From NCBI GenBank assembly GCA_054600435.1, contig BAAIJX010000013.1:124001-188000 (forward strand): a DNA stretch of 64,000 nt, read 5' to 3'. Below, one piece after another: positions 37,632 to 50,744 of this stretch (position 1 is its first letter; the number at the start of each line of letters is the position of its first letter). Position numbers and translations under genes: made by a program. A model generated the notes under the pieces. The model did not search any database. It saw only the letters and a program-made list of their open reading frames with translations, and was not told where the DNA came from. Source of the stretch: Neophaeotheca triangularis. Lineage: Eukaryota.

Positions 37632-38180
37632 CTACAGGTGGAAGCCTGGCGGCGGTGCTGGTGCTTGTCAGTATTGTTTCTCTCACGCACGTTTCGCGCG
37701 AACTGCAAAAACTCACGCTCGGAAGTGTGGACAGGCAAGTTGCGCTCGTATTTGCTGCCTCCCGGTGCCGTGGGTGGCCTGTATGGGTCGGGGTGCTTCC
37801 ACTTCTCCAGCAGGTCTTCGGTCTGTTCGAGTATAGCCTGATTCCCAGTGCTGTTAGCAACTGCGAAGCCCTAGATCACCCATCCTGTTCTCTGTAGCTT
37901 CTCATCGCCCTCGCGCCCATGTTGCGCCCGTTTTGCCCTGGTGTCTGCTGGGAGTAGGCTTACCCGCTGCTGTCTGGGCTCGCTGACGTGCTTGTTGGCT
38001 TCGAAGAGGGAGCGAATGTACATGGCCTGACCGCGCCAGACGTAACGGTGGACGGCCCAGTCGAGGGAGAGCTTGAGAGAACGGCGGTAGAGGGAGCTGC
38101 GCGGCGCATGGTCAGCTGGGTGCTTGTTACAGCCCATGGAAGGTCGGGAGAACTGACAGAACTTGCGTGCGGGCAGCCAT
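37632..38180 (-). CDS. NDUFB9: Complex I LYR-family subunit B22 (NDUFB9-like); exons 38180-38158, 38096-37964, 37837-37717, 37657-37632
   Basis: SLYRRSLKLSLDW, IRSLFEAN and WKHPDPY..TAPGGSKYERN motifs. Three introns with consensus signals. Confidence 0.88.
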
Positions 38181-38561
38181 GACGGGTGGTATTGAGGGCT
38201 TGCGCCCAGAGAATTAGACGGTCGAACTGCCTTTCTTCCGAGTGTATGAGACTCTGAGGTGGTCACTGGCGATGTGAGAGCCCAATGCTTGCTGTCGCTT
38301 ACCTCTACGTAGGACGTACATCCGTACTGGCGCAAGCCCGGTCAAGTGGACGTTCGGGTGCTCTCGGCAGTGCCCGCCGCCCGTCAGCCAGCCAGTGAAG
38401 CTTCACATGCCTCTCTGTCTTGCTTTGAGCTTTGCCAACTACCGCAACACAAACACTCCACCCTCGACCTCGCCCTACCACTCTCTTTGACCAATTTTCC
38501 TACCTCTCTACCCCGTCGAATACTGAGAGCTACTCAAAGGCAGCTTGCCGTCTCTCAAGTC

Positions 38562-40206
38562 ATGTCGAGCTCTCAATGCCTGCGCCGCTTAGCGGCCGGT
38601 CGTCCCTCTACGCTCCTTTGTCAAACCCGCTCTCTGACTCCCTCGACTCGTTGTCTGCGATTCTCCGCCGCCCTCAGAACCCTTGCTACTAACTCTTCCT
38701 CCCGCTCGGCCAAGCTTTCAGCGCTTCCCCAAAGGTATGCGAGCTATCATCGGCAGACGCAGAGCAAGGCTCACAAACATGCCAGAACATCCGTTTCCTC
38801 TCTTCAAACCCGCCAATTCAGTTTGACGTCCCGCTATAATGGTGAGTACGATGATATCCCCTGGATGTATCATAGCTTGCCTTCTGACTTCCTCCCGCGC
38901 AAAGAGGACAAGATGGTTCAGGTGCCCGAAATGGCAGAGTCTATCACCGAAGGCACGCTCAAGCAGTTCAGCAAACAGATCGGCGACTATGTTGAGGCCG
39001 ACGAGGAAATTGCGACTATCGAGACCGACAAGATTGACGTTGCCGTCAACGCGCCCGAAGCTGGTACTATCAAGGAGTTTCTCGCAAAGGAAGAAGACAC
39101 TGTCACTGTAGGCCAGGACCTTGTCAAACTTGAGCTTGGAGGTGCACCATCAGGCGGCAAGAAGGAACAGGCCAGCGAAGAGCCCAAGTCGCCCGCCTCG
39201 GATGCACAGGAGACATCGTCGCAACCAGAGGGTCAGCAGGAGGAGAGCAAGAGTGCCGCACCAAAGCAAGAGTCCCAACCCGAGGCCCCGAAACAGCAGG
39301 AATCCAAGCCCGAGCAGCCCAAACAATCCGAGCAGAAGGAGTCGAAGCCTGAGCAGCCTAAGAAGGAGCAACCCAAGAAGGAGCAGAAGGATTCCAAAGA
39401 GTCCAAGGACCAGCCCAAGCAGGAGTCTCCCTACGGTTCCCGCGAGGAGCGCCGTGTCAAGATGAACCGCATGCGCCTGCGTATTGCTGAGCGCCTGAAG
39501 CAATCTCAGAACACAGCCGCCTCGCTCACGACTTTCAACGAGGTGGACATGTCTGGCCTTATGCAAATGCGCAAGCAGTACAAGGATGAGATCCTCAAGT
39601 CGCGCGGCGTCAAGTTGGGATTTATGGGTGCCTTCTCGCGCGCCGCTGTACTCGCCATGAAGGATATCCCTGCGGTCAACGCGAGCATTGAGGGACCTGG
39701 TGGCGGAGACACCATTGTGTACAGGGACTACGTGGACATCTCTGTGGCTGTCGCGACTGAGAAGGGCTTGGTCACGCCTGTCGTCAGGAATACCGAGAGC
39801 ATGGATATGATTGGCATCGAGGAGGGCATTGCTGAGCTCGGCAAGAAGGTATGTCGGAGATTTGGGTCCGTTCCTAATAGCTACATCTACTAATGCTTCC
39901 CTCTAGGCCCGTGATAACAAGCTCACCATCGAGGATATGGCCGGCGGCACCTTTACCATCAGCAACGGCGGCGTTTTCGGCTCGCTGATGGGCACTCCCA
40001 TCATCAACCTGCCGCAAACCGCCGTGCTCGGTCTGCACGCCATCAAGGACAAGCCCGTCGTCGTGGATGGCAAGATCGAGATCCGCCCCATGATGTACTT
40101 GGCCCTCACATACGATCACAGATTGCTCGACGGCAGGGAGGCTGTGACTTTCTTGGTGAAGATCAAGGAATACATTGAGGACCCGAGGAAGATGCTGTTG
40201 GGTTAG
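38562..40206 (+). CDS. KGD2: 2-oxoglutarate dehydrogenase E2 (dihydrolipoamide succinyltransferase); introns 38735-38785, 38842-38904, 39849-39906
   Basis: Mitochondrial presequence, lipoyl domain (IETDKI), [13 protein letters not shown] and YDHRLLDG catalytic motif. Confidence 0.96.
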
Positions 40207-40729
40207 GTGGAAGTATGGTATTAGTGGGGGTAGTGATTGGGTGGTAGCGTTACTGCTTGTACAAATTTATGTACTTTTTCTTCCTCAGTGTCGCCGTCGT
40301 GTTGCTGGGTTTGATTACCGTGCTTCCTGTAGCCTGGCTCGGTTTGGGGACTTCAAAGTGCAATGCCGATGCTCACTCGGCTTTTCAGCTGCCGCCGTCT
40401 TTCACGCCCTTGCTACTACCTCGATATTCGTTCGGTCAGAGTCATCTCGCCATCAGCGCCGCGTCTTTCCCACAAGAAGATACGACTGCACTGCTTTCGT
40501 CAAAGTCTGCCACAGTCCAAAGTTAGAGATGAAGAGGGTCATGCGATCCTTGGGTGTGCTGTGGATTACCGTTACTGAGGAGCAGCTGAAAGTATGGCTA
40601 AGGTGGCGATGCGGCAGACTAAGGCAGGAGAAAGCTGAGATAGGAGGTGGAGAAGATGAAAGTCACGGGGGATTGTTGGTACGAGTTGGGCCACTATCCG
40701 GTTTCCTTGTTTCGAATGTATATATTTGA

Positions 40730-41308
40730 CTAGCCTTGCGCTTGCTGCATTTGAGATTGGATACGCATGATCTGAAGGGCATGGTCAGCAGGTCGATCAC
40801 TCGCGGATCTAAACACTCGGAAAACTCACATCAGTCTTCTTACCCTCACTCTTCTCTTGGATGTCCTTGATGTTGGTTTCGATCCGTTTGCTACACGTTC
40901 GTCAGCGACTGCGTATACGCCTCAAGCATGGGACGGTAGTGGCTTACATCTCCGTCTCAATGTACTGCAATCTTCCGTCGACGGTGCTCTTCGCTTCTGC
41001 AGTATCTTGCTTCAACAAAACCGGGCCAACGAGCTTATAGATGTTGGCGTCGTCCGCGAGGCCTGCGAACTCCTGGAAGCATGTCAGCACGAGGGCTCTA
41101 AGGGTAAGGCAAGACTGTTCGCCACTTACGTCCTGGACGCTTTTGTTCTCTTGCTGCTGGCTTTCGAGCTTCTGGCGAGCGGTCACGAGGGTTGAGAGTT
41201 CTGGCTTTATCAGCTTCGAGCTCGTAGACTTATTTGCGATCCTCACGTACCGGTCTGAAGGCTTTGATACTCGTCGGAAAGACTCTGCAGTTGTTTTTGC
41301 TGTTCCAT
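40730..41308 (-). CDS. YKE2: Prefoldin subunit 6; exons 41308-41251, 41200-41130, 41072-40948, 40890-40830, 40771-40730
   Basis: ARQKLESQQQEN and IYKLVGPVLLKQD..V-x-x-RL-x-YI motifs. Four canonical introns give a continuous frame. Confidence 0.9.
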
Positions 41309-41809
41309 GTTGACGGGGGACTACTATCAACAACGAGTTTTCAATATCCACACAGCAGCATGACTAGCCCAACGGTCCTCGAGCTCGTAGAAGGGGAAAT
41401 GCTCGAGGTGTACTTGCCTCGTGTCTTGGCGTTTGACTTTGAGACGAAGTCGAGTGTCGAGCACCTCCAGTCAAAGTCTGGCCCCCACTTCACTCACCCC
41501 ACAGTCCTCCCGCATCAACACTGACAGCCCACTCTCTGCTCGTCGACGGCAACCTACGGTACGGTACATGCTCCAACATTGCCCTTCTCGATCAATTCCG
41601 CTACACCTCGACCATACCAGCAGTTTGGAGTAGCTCTGCGAAGTTAATCCAACTGGGCTATCCCTCTTGCAACGCAACACAAGAAAGCTCGCCAACACAA
41701 CTCGTCACCACCGATCTCGGCATCCAGGCCCGATCAACCAAATAACCTACAACCCACTGCCACCTCGAGCCTACCCTCGCTGCCCCGAGCAGCACCAATA
41801 AACGCAACC

Positions 41810-43233
41810 ATGTCCAACACCGACTTCCTCGGCCGAGCGATCGAAACGGTCAAGAAAGCCATCGAGCAAGACACAGCAGGCGAGTACGAGAAAGCGTACC
41901 AGATCTACTACCAAGCGCTGGAGCTGTTCATGCTGGCGCTGAAATGGGAGAAGAACGCAAAGTCCAAGGAGATGATACGGCAGAAGGCGGGCGAGTACAT
42001 GGAGCGGGCGGAGAAGCTGAAGACGCATCTGGCTGAGAATGACAAGAAGCGCAAACCCGCGGCTATGGGAAGTAATGGCAAGGCGAGCAATGGGGCGGGT
42101 AAAGGTGGCGATGAGGGTGAGGAGGAGCAGGATGCTGATAGTAAGAAGTTGAGGGGCGCGTTGGCGGGGGCCATTCTGACGGATAAGCCGAATGTCAAGT
42201 GGGAGGATGTGGCGGGTTTGGAGCAGGCGAAGGAGGCGCTTAAGGAGGCTGTGATCTTACCCACCAGGTTTCCGCATCTTTTTACAGGGAAGAGGCAGCC
42301 GTGGAAGGGGATCTTGTTGTATGGACCGCCGGGAACGGGTAAGAGTTATTTGGCAAAGGCGGTGGCTACCGAGGCGAACAGTACATTCTTTTCCGTTAGT
42401 TCGTCGGACTTGGTGAGCAAATGGATGGGAGAGTCGGAAAGGTGAGTTTCACCAATTCCTGTGAGATCCAACATGGCAGATCGGCTGACAGGGACAATAC
42501 AGGCTCGTGAAGCAACTCTTCAACCTCGCCCGCGAGAACAGACCATCAATCGTCTTCATCGACGAAATCGACGCTCTGTGCGGTCCCCGCGGCGAAGGCG
42601 AATCCGAAGCCTCGAGGCGTATCAAAACCGAACTACTGGTGCAGATGGACGGTGTAGGCCGCGACAGCAAAGGCGTCCTCATCCTCGGTGCAACAAACAT
42701 CCCCTGGCAACTAGACGCAGCAATACGGCGACGTTTCCAGCGGAGAGTGCACATCAGTCTGCCGGACCAACCCGCACGTATGAAGATGTTCGAGTTAGCA
42801 GTGGGTAGCACGCCCTGCCAGATGGGAATGGAGGATTACAGGCAGCTTGCGAAACTGTCCGAGATGTACTCCGGCAGTGACATCTCAATCGCGGTGCAGG
42901 ATGCGTTGATGCAGCCTGTGCGCAAGATCCAAACGGCTACGCACTACAAGAAGGTACGGCTGGGCTCGGATTCTGCGTGGCGTGGGCATTTGGCTAACTG
43001 CGCTGTTATAGGTCGACGTAGAAGGCGACGAGAAGCTGACCCCCTGCTCTCCCGGCGACGAGGGCGCCATCGAGATGAACTGGATGGAAGTCGAGTCGGA
43101 CAAGTTGCTCGAACCGCCTTTGCAAGTGAAAGACTTCATAAAGGCGATTAAAGCTTCCAGGCCGACAGTCTCCACTACCGATCTGGATCGAAATGCCGAG
43201 TGGACTAGGGAATTTGGAAGCGAGGGGTCTTGA
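41810..43233 (+). CDS. VPS4: AAA ATPase Vps4; introns 42442-42502, 42954-43011
   Basis: MIT domain, [23 protein letters not shown] and terminal EFGSEG. Confidence 0.97.
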
Positions 43234-44200
43234 TATCGTCGAAGGCTGTTTTGCCGGCGTCTCTTTTTGGGTGTGCATGGCGCGGTGTTTGAGGTGTTGT
43301 TTTGGGGAGTACGAAGAGTGGGAGGTGTTCCTTTGGGTTCTGTTGATCGACCTCTGGTCTCCGGTCTAGCTGCTGCTCTTCTTTGGCCGTTTCTGTGTAC
43401 ATGCTGCTTTTGCGAGAGCCGGGCTGGACTCATACAGATACGTACCAGTGTTTGATGAAACATTCGACGATGCATGCCTATGTTGATCGTTTATCCTGTG
43501 CTGCTGTAATTGTTATCGCGCGGTCAATTGTTCGTGCTGCTATGCTATCGTCTGCTTTTGTGGTGTTCTCTGATAGTAGTTGCTTCACATCTCAACGTTC
43601 TTTGGGAAAGTCTAACAGTTGATGTTTGGTCACTTTCTCCAGATTGGCATATGTCGACGTCGGCATGCCGCTACCTAATGTAATCACAGCAATCGGACAC
43701 AAGACTCGCATACAACACACAGATATTCAATGCAACTGGCCAGAATAGACCAAAAGCCGCCAATATACCCTCAGAGTCATCGATACCGACAGTGTGCAAA
43801 CCAAACTCTAACCCTAGATACGTGTATCCGTGGCTGGGAAGGCATGCGTTGCTCAGATCGCAATGAGGCGGGCCTGTAAACGAGACCCAGAAATGAACCG
43901 ACACAGCAGAGAGTGTATACAGATCGTCAAAGTTCGAACCGAAGCGTTGTCATCGCCATTGTTGCTCCCTTTCCAACTGCTACTTCCACATGAGTGGGCA
44001 TTGATACCACGCGCCCGCGAGAAAGCCCATTGGCGCTGAACGGGCCGGACTGTCAGGTCCTTCGAGACGAGATGGAACATAGGAACTCCTTCCAGACTGT
44101 CCTCTCAACGTCCAGCCAACAGCCAACACCGCCTCATACCCAAACGCCGAAGACTAACACGTCCAGCAACGAACTTTTTTTTGGAAACACTCCCAAAAGA

Positions 44201-45384
44201 TTAAACGGCAACCCCCGGCACGACAACCTTGCGCGCACTTACCCCCTTCCTTTGCACATCCATAGCCCTCTGGACCAATCTCAGCCCATCGGGCTGACCG
44301 TCCTCAATCTTCAGAGGTGGAGGCGCCGGCACTAAAACGCCGGATTCCAGCGCTCGGGGGAGAAAGTCCCGCCAGATGTGCTTGCCGACGTCGTTGTCGA
44401 AGATGGAGTTTGCGCCAACTTTGGCGGGTTAGCATGCGCGGGAGAAAGATAAGGTCTTGGGGGCCAGCCATCTCATGACCGTAGAGAGAAGCACATCCAC
44501 TTACTTCTATTCACCCTGACGCTCTTTGGCAGACCCTCCGGCACTCCGGATGTCGTGACCACGATGGATTTACCCTCGCAGCGATCAACGATTCTGGCGC
44601 AAGCCGCCGCCGCTCCCACCGCGTCGTAAGCGCCGACGCAGGTCAGGCTCTTCATAGCTTCGACAATCTGGTCTTCGACGTCCTCACTGTGGTAGTCGAA
44701 GCACCGACTCGCGCCGAGCTGCTGGCAGTAGGGGAAATTGGCCTTGCTTGCTGTGGTGAAGACCACGACGCCGGACGCGCGAGCGAGTTGGATCGTGGTG
44801 GAGCCGACCGCAGAACTGCCCCCCCAGACTAGGAGTACTCGGTTGTGATCTTGCGAGGTGATGTCTTTGTTGTTGCAAAGCTCACTTTTATCCGGCGAGG
44901 GGTACTTCAACCTCAGATACCCGTCCTGATACAGACCCGCGGCAGCAGTGGAAACGGCAAGGGGCAGCACGACGCCATGCGCCAGCTCCATATTCCGGGG
45001 AAGCACACAGACGGCCTCTTGCTGGACCACGACAAACCGCTGAAACCCGCCCTGACTGGCCACGCGCGCCATGGAGCCATTGGCGTTGGCAATGACGCGC
45101 TGCCCTGACTGGAAACCCTGCACGTTCTCGCCGAGCTCGTGGACGGTACCTGCGATATCCGAGCCGAAGATGAAGGGGTATGGCAGCTTGAAAAGGTCTG
45201 TTTCTTGCAGTTTCCAGTCTATTGGGTTGATAGCGAGGGCGGAGACGCGGATCACAAGGTGGCCCGGTGGGGGAGGGGTGTAAGGCGCGCCTGAGACGAC
45301 TACCGGACGGCGTTTGGGGCGGAGTTGCCAGGCGGCTGCGTTGGAAGTGTGGTAGGTGGTGGGGGAGGGTTGTTTGGTGGCCAT
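44201..45384 (-). CDS. MDR-family (enoyl-reductase-like) NADPH oxidoreductase; exons 45384-44505, 44418-44201
   Basis: AINPIDWK, GSDIAG, VWGGSSAVG and FDY motifs. The intron adds the typical ..KGVSARKVVV end. Confidence 0.88.
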
Positions 45385-45488
45385 CGTGGAGGAGGGGGAG
45401 GGCGGTTGGTGGTGGATGTCGAGTGTCGCCTCTGTGTGTGGTCTGTTGAACTCCCAACTCTGATGAAGGGGTTGAATCTCTCTCTTCC

Positions 45489-45511
45489 TCTCTCTCTCTC
45501 TCTCTCTCTCT
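45489..45511. repeat. (TC)n microsatellite upstream of the MDR gene
   Basis: Directly visible. Confidence 0.9.
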
Positions 45512-45774
45512 GTCCCTCATTCAATGTAGCGAGTAGTATGAAAGTGGAAGGCAAATATGAGAGTGTTGTAGACTTGGATACCTAACTCGTCTTCATCCGG
45601 ATGTACCCCGCTCGAGAGCTGCGGGTGTCATATGCCCGCTGTACCTTATCCAGATGCAGTGAGCTCCTTGCCTGGATAGGTACTCGTCCCATTCCCACCT
45701 TGGCTATGTCGACACAGGGACAACATTGAAGGCAGAGAGGCAGAGAGGTCATGTCGGCGTTGAAGGCATCACGT

Positions 45775-45786
45775 CTGTCGCTGTCA

Positions 45787-45831
<45 letters not shown>

Positions 45832-45839
45832 TCACTGTC
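45775..45839. repeat. Hexanucleotide microsatellite (CTGTCG)n, about 11 units
   Basis: Directly visible, with CTGTCA variants near both ends. Confidence 0.95.
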
Positions 45840-46159
45840 CTCGCGGACATTGATACTGTACATGCCGTCATGTACTCGACAGAAAGAGAGACGGGACAAG
45901 GAGAGTGGATGGAAGAATGAGAAATCTTGATGTCTCCCTACCTCCTAGAGTTGCTGCCTAGAGCACACACGCGAACATTAGGCAGCTCTGCCTCATGGCG
46001 TGTCTCGAACGCGACGCCTCAAGCTTCCGGAATCCTGGGCATTAAAATATTCGGGCTTCAGGTTGGCAGCTACCACCCCTTCCACGCCCTCCTACTCCCA
46101 CCCGGCCGCCCCCCTCTCACTCACTCACTCATTCACTCACTCCCCTATCAAATCGTCGT

Positions 46160-46894
46160 CTAGATTGAACCGGAGCGGCCGATCCTTCGGTAGTTACTAA
46201 AGCGCTCGTCTAGCTGCTCATGTCCGGCTACCGGCTTTGCCTCCATCATAGCCCAACGCTCCACCCACGCCGTTGACCTGTCCACACACTTGTCGTCCGC
46301 CAAGTTTTCCTCGCCGGAGTTGGTGATGTACATCGCCTTGAACTGGGTGCCTCCGAGCCCGGTTTCGAACCCGTTGACGGCGTACCGGAGACGCTGCCGT
46401 TTAAGTCCCCCGAGGTCCATGGGTTTAGGCTTGCCGTCCTTGTCTACCCCATCTAGCGTCTGCGCCGGGTCGTATAGCAGTAGCACCTTACCCCCGCCGC
46501 CCGCAGCCTCTACTCTTATAATCGCCCCTGCGGTACAGTAGAAGGGTGGTTTTTCCCATTGCCTCACACCCGCATCTCGGTCTTCCTGGCTGAGCGAATG
46601 GTTCACGTATGAGGCATTCGGGAAGTCCATGATGAAGACGGCGACGTTGTTGTGGCCACGTCGTCCAGCCCTCGTCGCCTTGCCAAAGATGTCGCGTCGG
46701 GGAGCATCCTCTAGGTATGCGGCCCAGTCCCTCTTCTGCGTGCCGTCTACCCAGGTCAGCACCTTTGGGTGGACATATGCGGCCTTAGACGGGTCGTCGG
46801 GGTACTTCGTCTCTGCCGCGGCCTGCAGCTCGGCGAGCCAGTTGTTCATGTTGTCGACGCCGTAGAGGGGCGCCGTCGGGCGCTGGGCGGCCAT
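46160..46894 (-). CDS. Intronless hypothetical protein (244 aa)
   Basis: ATG in good context, globular-looking composition, coding-like codon usage. No family recognised with certainty. Confidence 0.7.
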   Translation of the reverse strand: MAAQRPTAPLYGVDNMNNWLAELQAAAETKYPDDPSKAAYVHPKVLTWVDGTQKRDWAAYLEDAPRRDIFGKATRAGRRGHNNVAVFIMDFPNASYVNHSLSQEDRDAGVRQWEKPPFYCTAGAIIRVEAAGGGGKVLLLYDPAQTLDGVDKDGKPKPMDLGGLKRQRLRYAVNGFETGLGGTQFKAMYITNSGEENLADDKCVDRSTAWVERWAMMEAKPVAGHEQLDERFSNYRRIGRSGSI

Positions 46895-47033
46895 TGTCGA
46901 CGCGGTGCGGTAGGCCGTATGGGAGAATTCCCGTGTTCGCTGTTACCGCTGTGGGAGAGGATATAGGTTGGGGATGGGAGAGTGAAGGTGGAGCGAATGA
47001 TTAGCCGGTCAGGTGAATGCAGGCGTGGAGGTA

Positions 47034-47658
47034 TGCGGTTTTACGGGCATGGATCGGTTGTTGAATGGGAGAGAACTATCAACCGAGCTGTGCGACCGAA
47101 GGTGTCATTGGCTAGCTGTCTGGCATGCTTGAGGGACTTGACTTTCTCCTCAGCTTGCTGGAATTCTGCTGAGTTGGCTTGCTGGTCACTGGGTATGCTG
47201 GCCGATGTGAAGGTGTTGTTGTTATTGGAGGCAGGTGTGAAGGCTTGCTGGTGGAGGAGGCAGAGAATAAGTTGGTGGAGTGGTATACAAAGGAGAGGAA
47301 GAAGAAGAGGAGAGGAAGCTGGTTTTGTTCTTGCAGCTGAGGACCTACCTCTGACTGGTCATAATTGGGACTGGCAGGTGGACTGCTTTGCTGGCAGGTT
47401 TGCTAGCATGTGCTGTTTTAGGAAGGCATGTTGCATGTGCAGAGTGAAAGAGGCTCATGAGAGAGGATCTGGCTTCATGGATGCCTCAGGCATGCATTTC
47501 CCCGTCTCGGTCAAGGCGGACGGATTCACCTTCGGTCGCACATCTCGGTAGGAGGTAGGAGGTACCTTATACATAGTACCTAGAGATAGTTCTCTTCGAG
47601 CTGTGACGTGGTGGCTTCCGCTACCTGCGGTTTTACGGGCTTGGATCGGTTGTTGAAT
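47034..47658. repeat. 33-bp direct repeat (47034-47066, 47626-47658), one mismatch
   Basis: TGCGGTTTTACGGGC(A/T)TGGATCGGTTGTTGAAT occurs twice, 592 bp apart. Confidence 0.95.
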
Positions 47659-48367
47659 AATAAGGTACTCAATGTACTGTACCTGGAGTGAAGCCCAGAG
47701 CCGAGCCGAGCGTTGGGTTAATATAATATTCTCGTTGCCCCAGACAACAAGCCACGGGTAAATATTGATGGAGCTTCCCCAAAAAAGTAGTGGCTGGCTT
47801 CACCAGCCTCCGGCAACGCAAGCATACAGTACCTTACAGCATCTTACCAGCCGCTTGATTTCACCACCGTACTCGACTCGAGCCCGAACAAGTTGTCCAA
47901 AGGGGGAAGAAACGAAACGAAGCCAACTAGACGTCTGTTTCTTTCAGCTAAGCATTCTGTTCATCCATCCATCTACCTACCTACTCACATACAACACCAG
48001 AACAGACTCTCTCTCTCTCTCTCCCTTCTCTGACAAGCATACTACTCGCTCTGCAAGAGACAACTCCCACTACTGCTACCATCCATACCTCCCTCCCTTC
48101 AGACCGAACTACCCCGTCTGAAACCTTGAACCCTCAATCACGAACCCATCCCCACCAAGCAAGCCCTCCCTTCGTTCAAGACAAAGTCGACCCTCTTATA
48201 CGTACATATACCTACACATACTCGAGGCCAACATTCCAGCGACAAAACAGCATTCCTCTCACCCCGACTGCCGCATTCCTTCGTCGACCCTCGCTCCTCC
48301 CGGCCGCCAGGCCGTCGGAGACTCTCCTCCATCCTCTCGACCAGACAGCCGGTAGACCGTCTCTACC

Positions 48368-49313
48368 ATGCCGAACTTACGCTTCGCCGTCGGCATCCAA
48401 CGGCTAGTACCCTTCTTGGGTTACCACCATGTTCTCATGATATTGATCGCAATAGCCATCATCCTGCTCTGTAAGTCTCAGCCAATGCTCCCATCTCCTC
48501 CAAACCCACCAAGAAGAAACTAACACCAGCCCTCACCAAAACAGCCCTCCTCCTCGCAGGCTGCTCAAGCAGCTCGCCCCTCATCCCCGGCATCTTCCTC
48601 ATCTCCCTCTACTACGACGACTATACCCCGACATATGACCCCACTCAAGTCGATCCGGGAGTGGTAGCAGCCGTGCAGAATATCGTCGGCAAGGCCATGC
48701 TCGAAGTCCGCGTCGGCTACTTCGGCATCTGCGTTAACCCCGACGACGGCAGTTTCCTGTGCTCCAACAACGCCACAGCGCTCGCCCAACAAATATCCGT
48801 CGACCAGGACCCGCTGAATTTGATATGGGTCGCGCAGACATTCAAGAACTTGGTCGTCTTTCCGTATTTGCTGTGAGTCGTCCACCATCCATCCCGCATC
48901 ACCGAACAAACCACTGACTTCTTCCTCCTCACAGCATCGTGGCCATAGTCCTCGCCTTCATAACCTTCCTCCTCCTCGCCACATTCCCGGGCTGGCACGA
49001 AGAACACGACGCCCGTACAGGCAGCGACATCGACATCAAGCCCTTCCCCTCACGGCCCGTCTCGCAAGTCGCCCTAGCCCTAATCTTCGTCTCCTCCATC
49101 TTCGTCCTCGTTAGCGTACTATGGCAACACACGGCATCGGTGGCAGCAGCGCAAGTAGCGCAAGATTTCGGCAACGGGAGCGTTAGAAGTGGTGTCGGCA
49201 CTGCGGCAATGGTGTTGGGATGGTTTGGTTTTGCGCTGTTGATTATTGTCACAATCGGCTTGTTGGTGATGATTTTGAGCATTCATCTGTTGGACAAGTT
49301 GACGGATGAGTGA
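48368..49313 (+). CDS. FIG1: Fig1-family (claudin-like) Ca2+ regulator / membrane fusion protein; exons 48368-48470, 48545-48872, 48935-49313
   Basis: LLLAGCSS, VRVGYFGIC, DPLNLI and KPFPSRPVS motifs, four hydrophobic segments, canonical introns. Confidence 0.85.
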
Positions 49314-50744
49314 TGATGAAAGGGGAGGTTCAAGATTGAAATGCATCCATGAGCTTGGGAAGGAGAGACGGACGGCGCAGACTACGAACGATTCGTTCCC
49401 CTTAGCGGCATCCAACACGGCGTTTATCTCAGGGGCACTTCACGGGGGGTCCAAGGACCAAGGGCGTTTTCACTTTCTACGGTTTCTCGAATTACCGTGG
49501 CTTTTCTATTCTTCACGAGGAACGGGCAGAGGGAGGAGTATGCATACATACCTGGCCCGTCCACGACAACCCAGTAGCAGCGAGAGTGATGCGAGATTGC
49601 GTACATGGACTTGGAGAGATGCCGCGCTTTACATACCCCCTTTTTTTTCCCTTCTTACCGAGTTCTCAAGATCGCGCAATTCAGATTGCGCTTCTGTGCG
49701 AATACTCTGTACATAAAGCCCGAAATACCAAGCGCCCTCGCTATATACGAGATGGGCTTCCTCACACACACACTCTCCCTCTGTATCCCACAAGCCAAAG
49801 CTGAAACGAAAACCAAAGCCCCATCGCTGGCTTTACACAGGCACGCACGTGTACCCGGTCCCCACACCTCCAACCAAAACTCCCAGACTCCCTCCCCCTT
49901 TCTCAAAAACCTCCCGACTGCTAGCACAGCACCTATCTATCCACGCCTTCCTATTTTGTATGATGGATGGCATGGCATGGCAAAGACCGCGATCTGCCCT
50001 GCCACTTCTTCTCTCTCTCTCACCTTTCCCTCGAAAACCTAACTTCCACGTCCGTACGGTACGCTCTCCGGCCTCTCTTCTTCTGGGTCCGGACTCCTGT
50101 CGAGCGAGAGTGAGAGAGAGGGTTTGGTCGGCTGGTGGTTGACTTGCATGCATGCTGAATTTGGCTGGAGGATTGCTGGACTGAGCATGCTCTATGCCGG
50201 TGCACGAGAGGGGTGCGCGAGAGAGGTGCGGTGGGATACGTTTGCAAGTTAGATGCGTTGGATGAGCGATGAGCATGGGGTTTGCTGGCTTGGGCATTCG
50301 TGGACGAGGTCACTGAACAGGATGCTGTTTGTACCTAGGTAGTTAGATGGGCAGATTTCTCAGCATTACAAATCTCCCTCGTCGATGTGATCAGTCAGAA
50401 AAAGGAAGAATAAATCGATAGCATGAGCACGACCAATTCACAATTTGGGAAAGCGGTATCACCTACGCCTGAAGGCAAGTGATTTTTTTTTTCTGAGCTA
50501 CAACTATCTCCCCTGACCCGTTGAAGCCTCCTCCCTTTCTCATCGTCGTCATACTCTTTGCTCCTTTCACCAAACTTCCCCAGCCAAAAAGAAAACCGAA
50601 AAGCTGAGAACTCACGTCGCCAGCCTAGCTAACCATTGGCATTGACAGGCACTTCCGGAAGAAGGGGTGACCGTGTCCCTGCCCTTCGAGCGTACACATC
50701 AGTTGTTGATGAGTGGTCGAAGGACGGCTCATGCCATGGCGCAA

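Noticed and set aside
45582..45899. (SD)n-repeat ORF
   Set aside because: Translation of the CTGTCG microsatellite.
46982..47551. 189-aa plus-strand ORF between the direct repeats
   Set aside because: GTG start and low-complexity, non-protein-like composition.
50011..50120. CTCTCTCTCAC..GTGAGAGAGAG stem between FIG1 and Argonaute
   Set aside because: Complementarity comes from simple CT/GA repeats.
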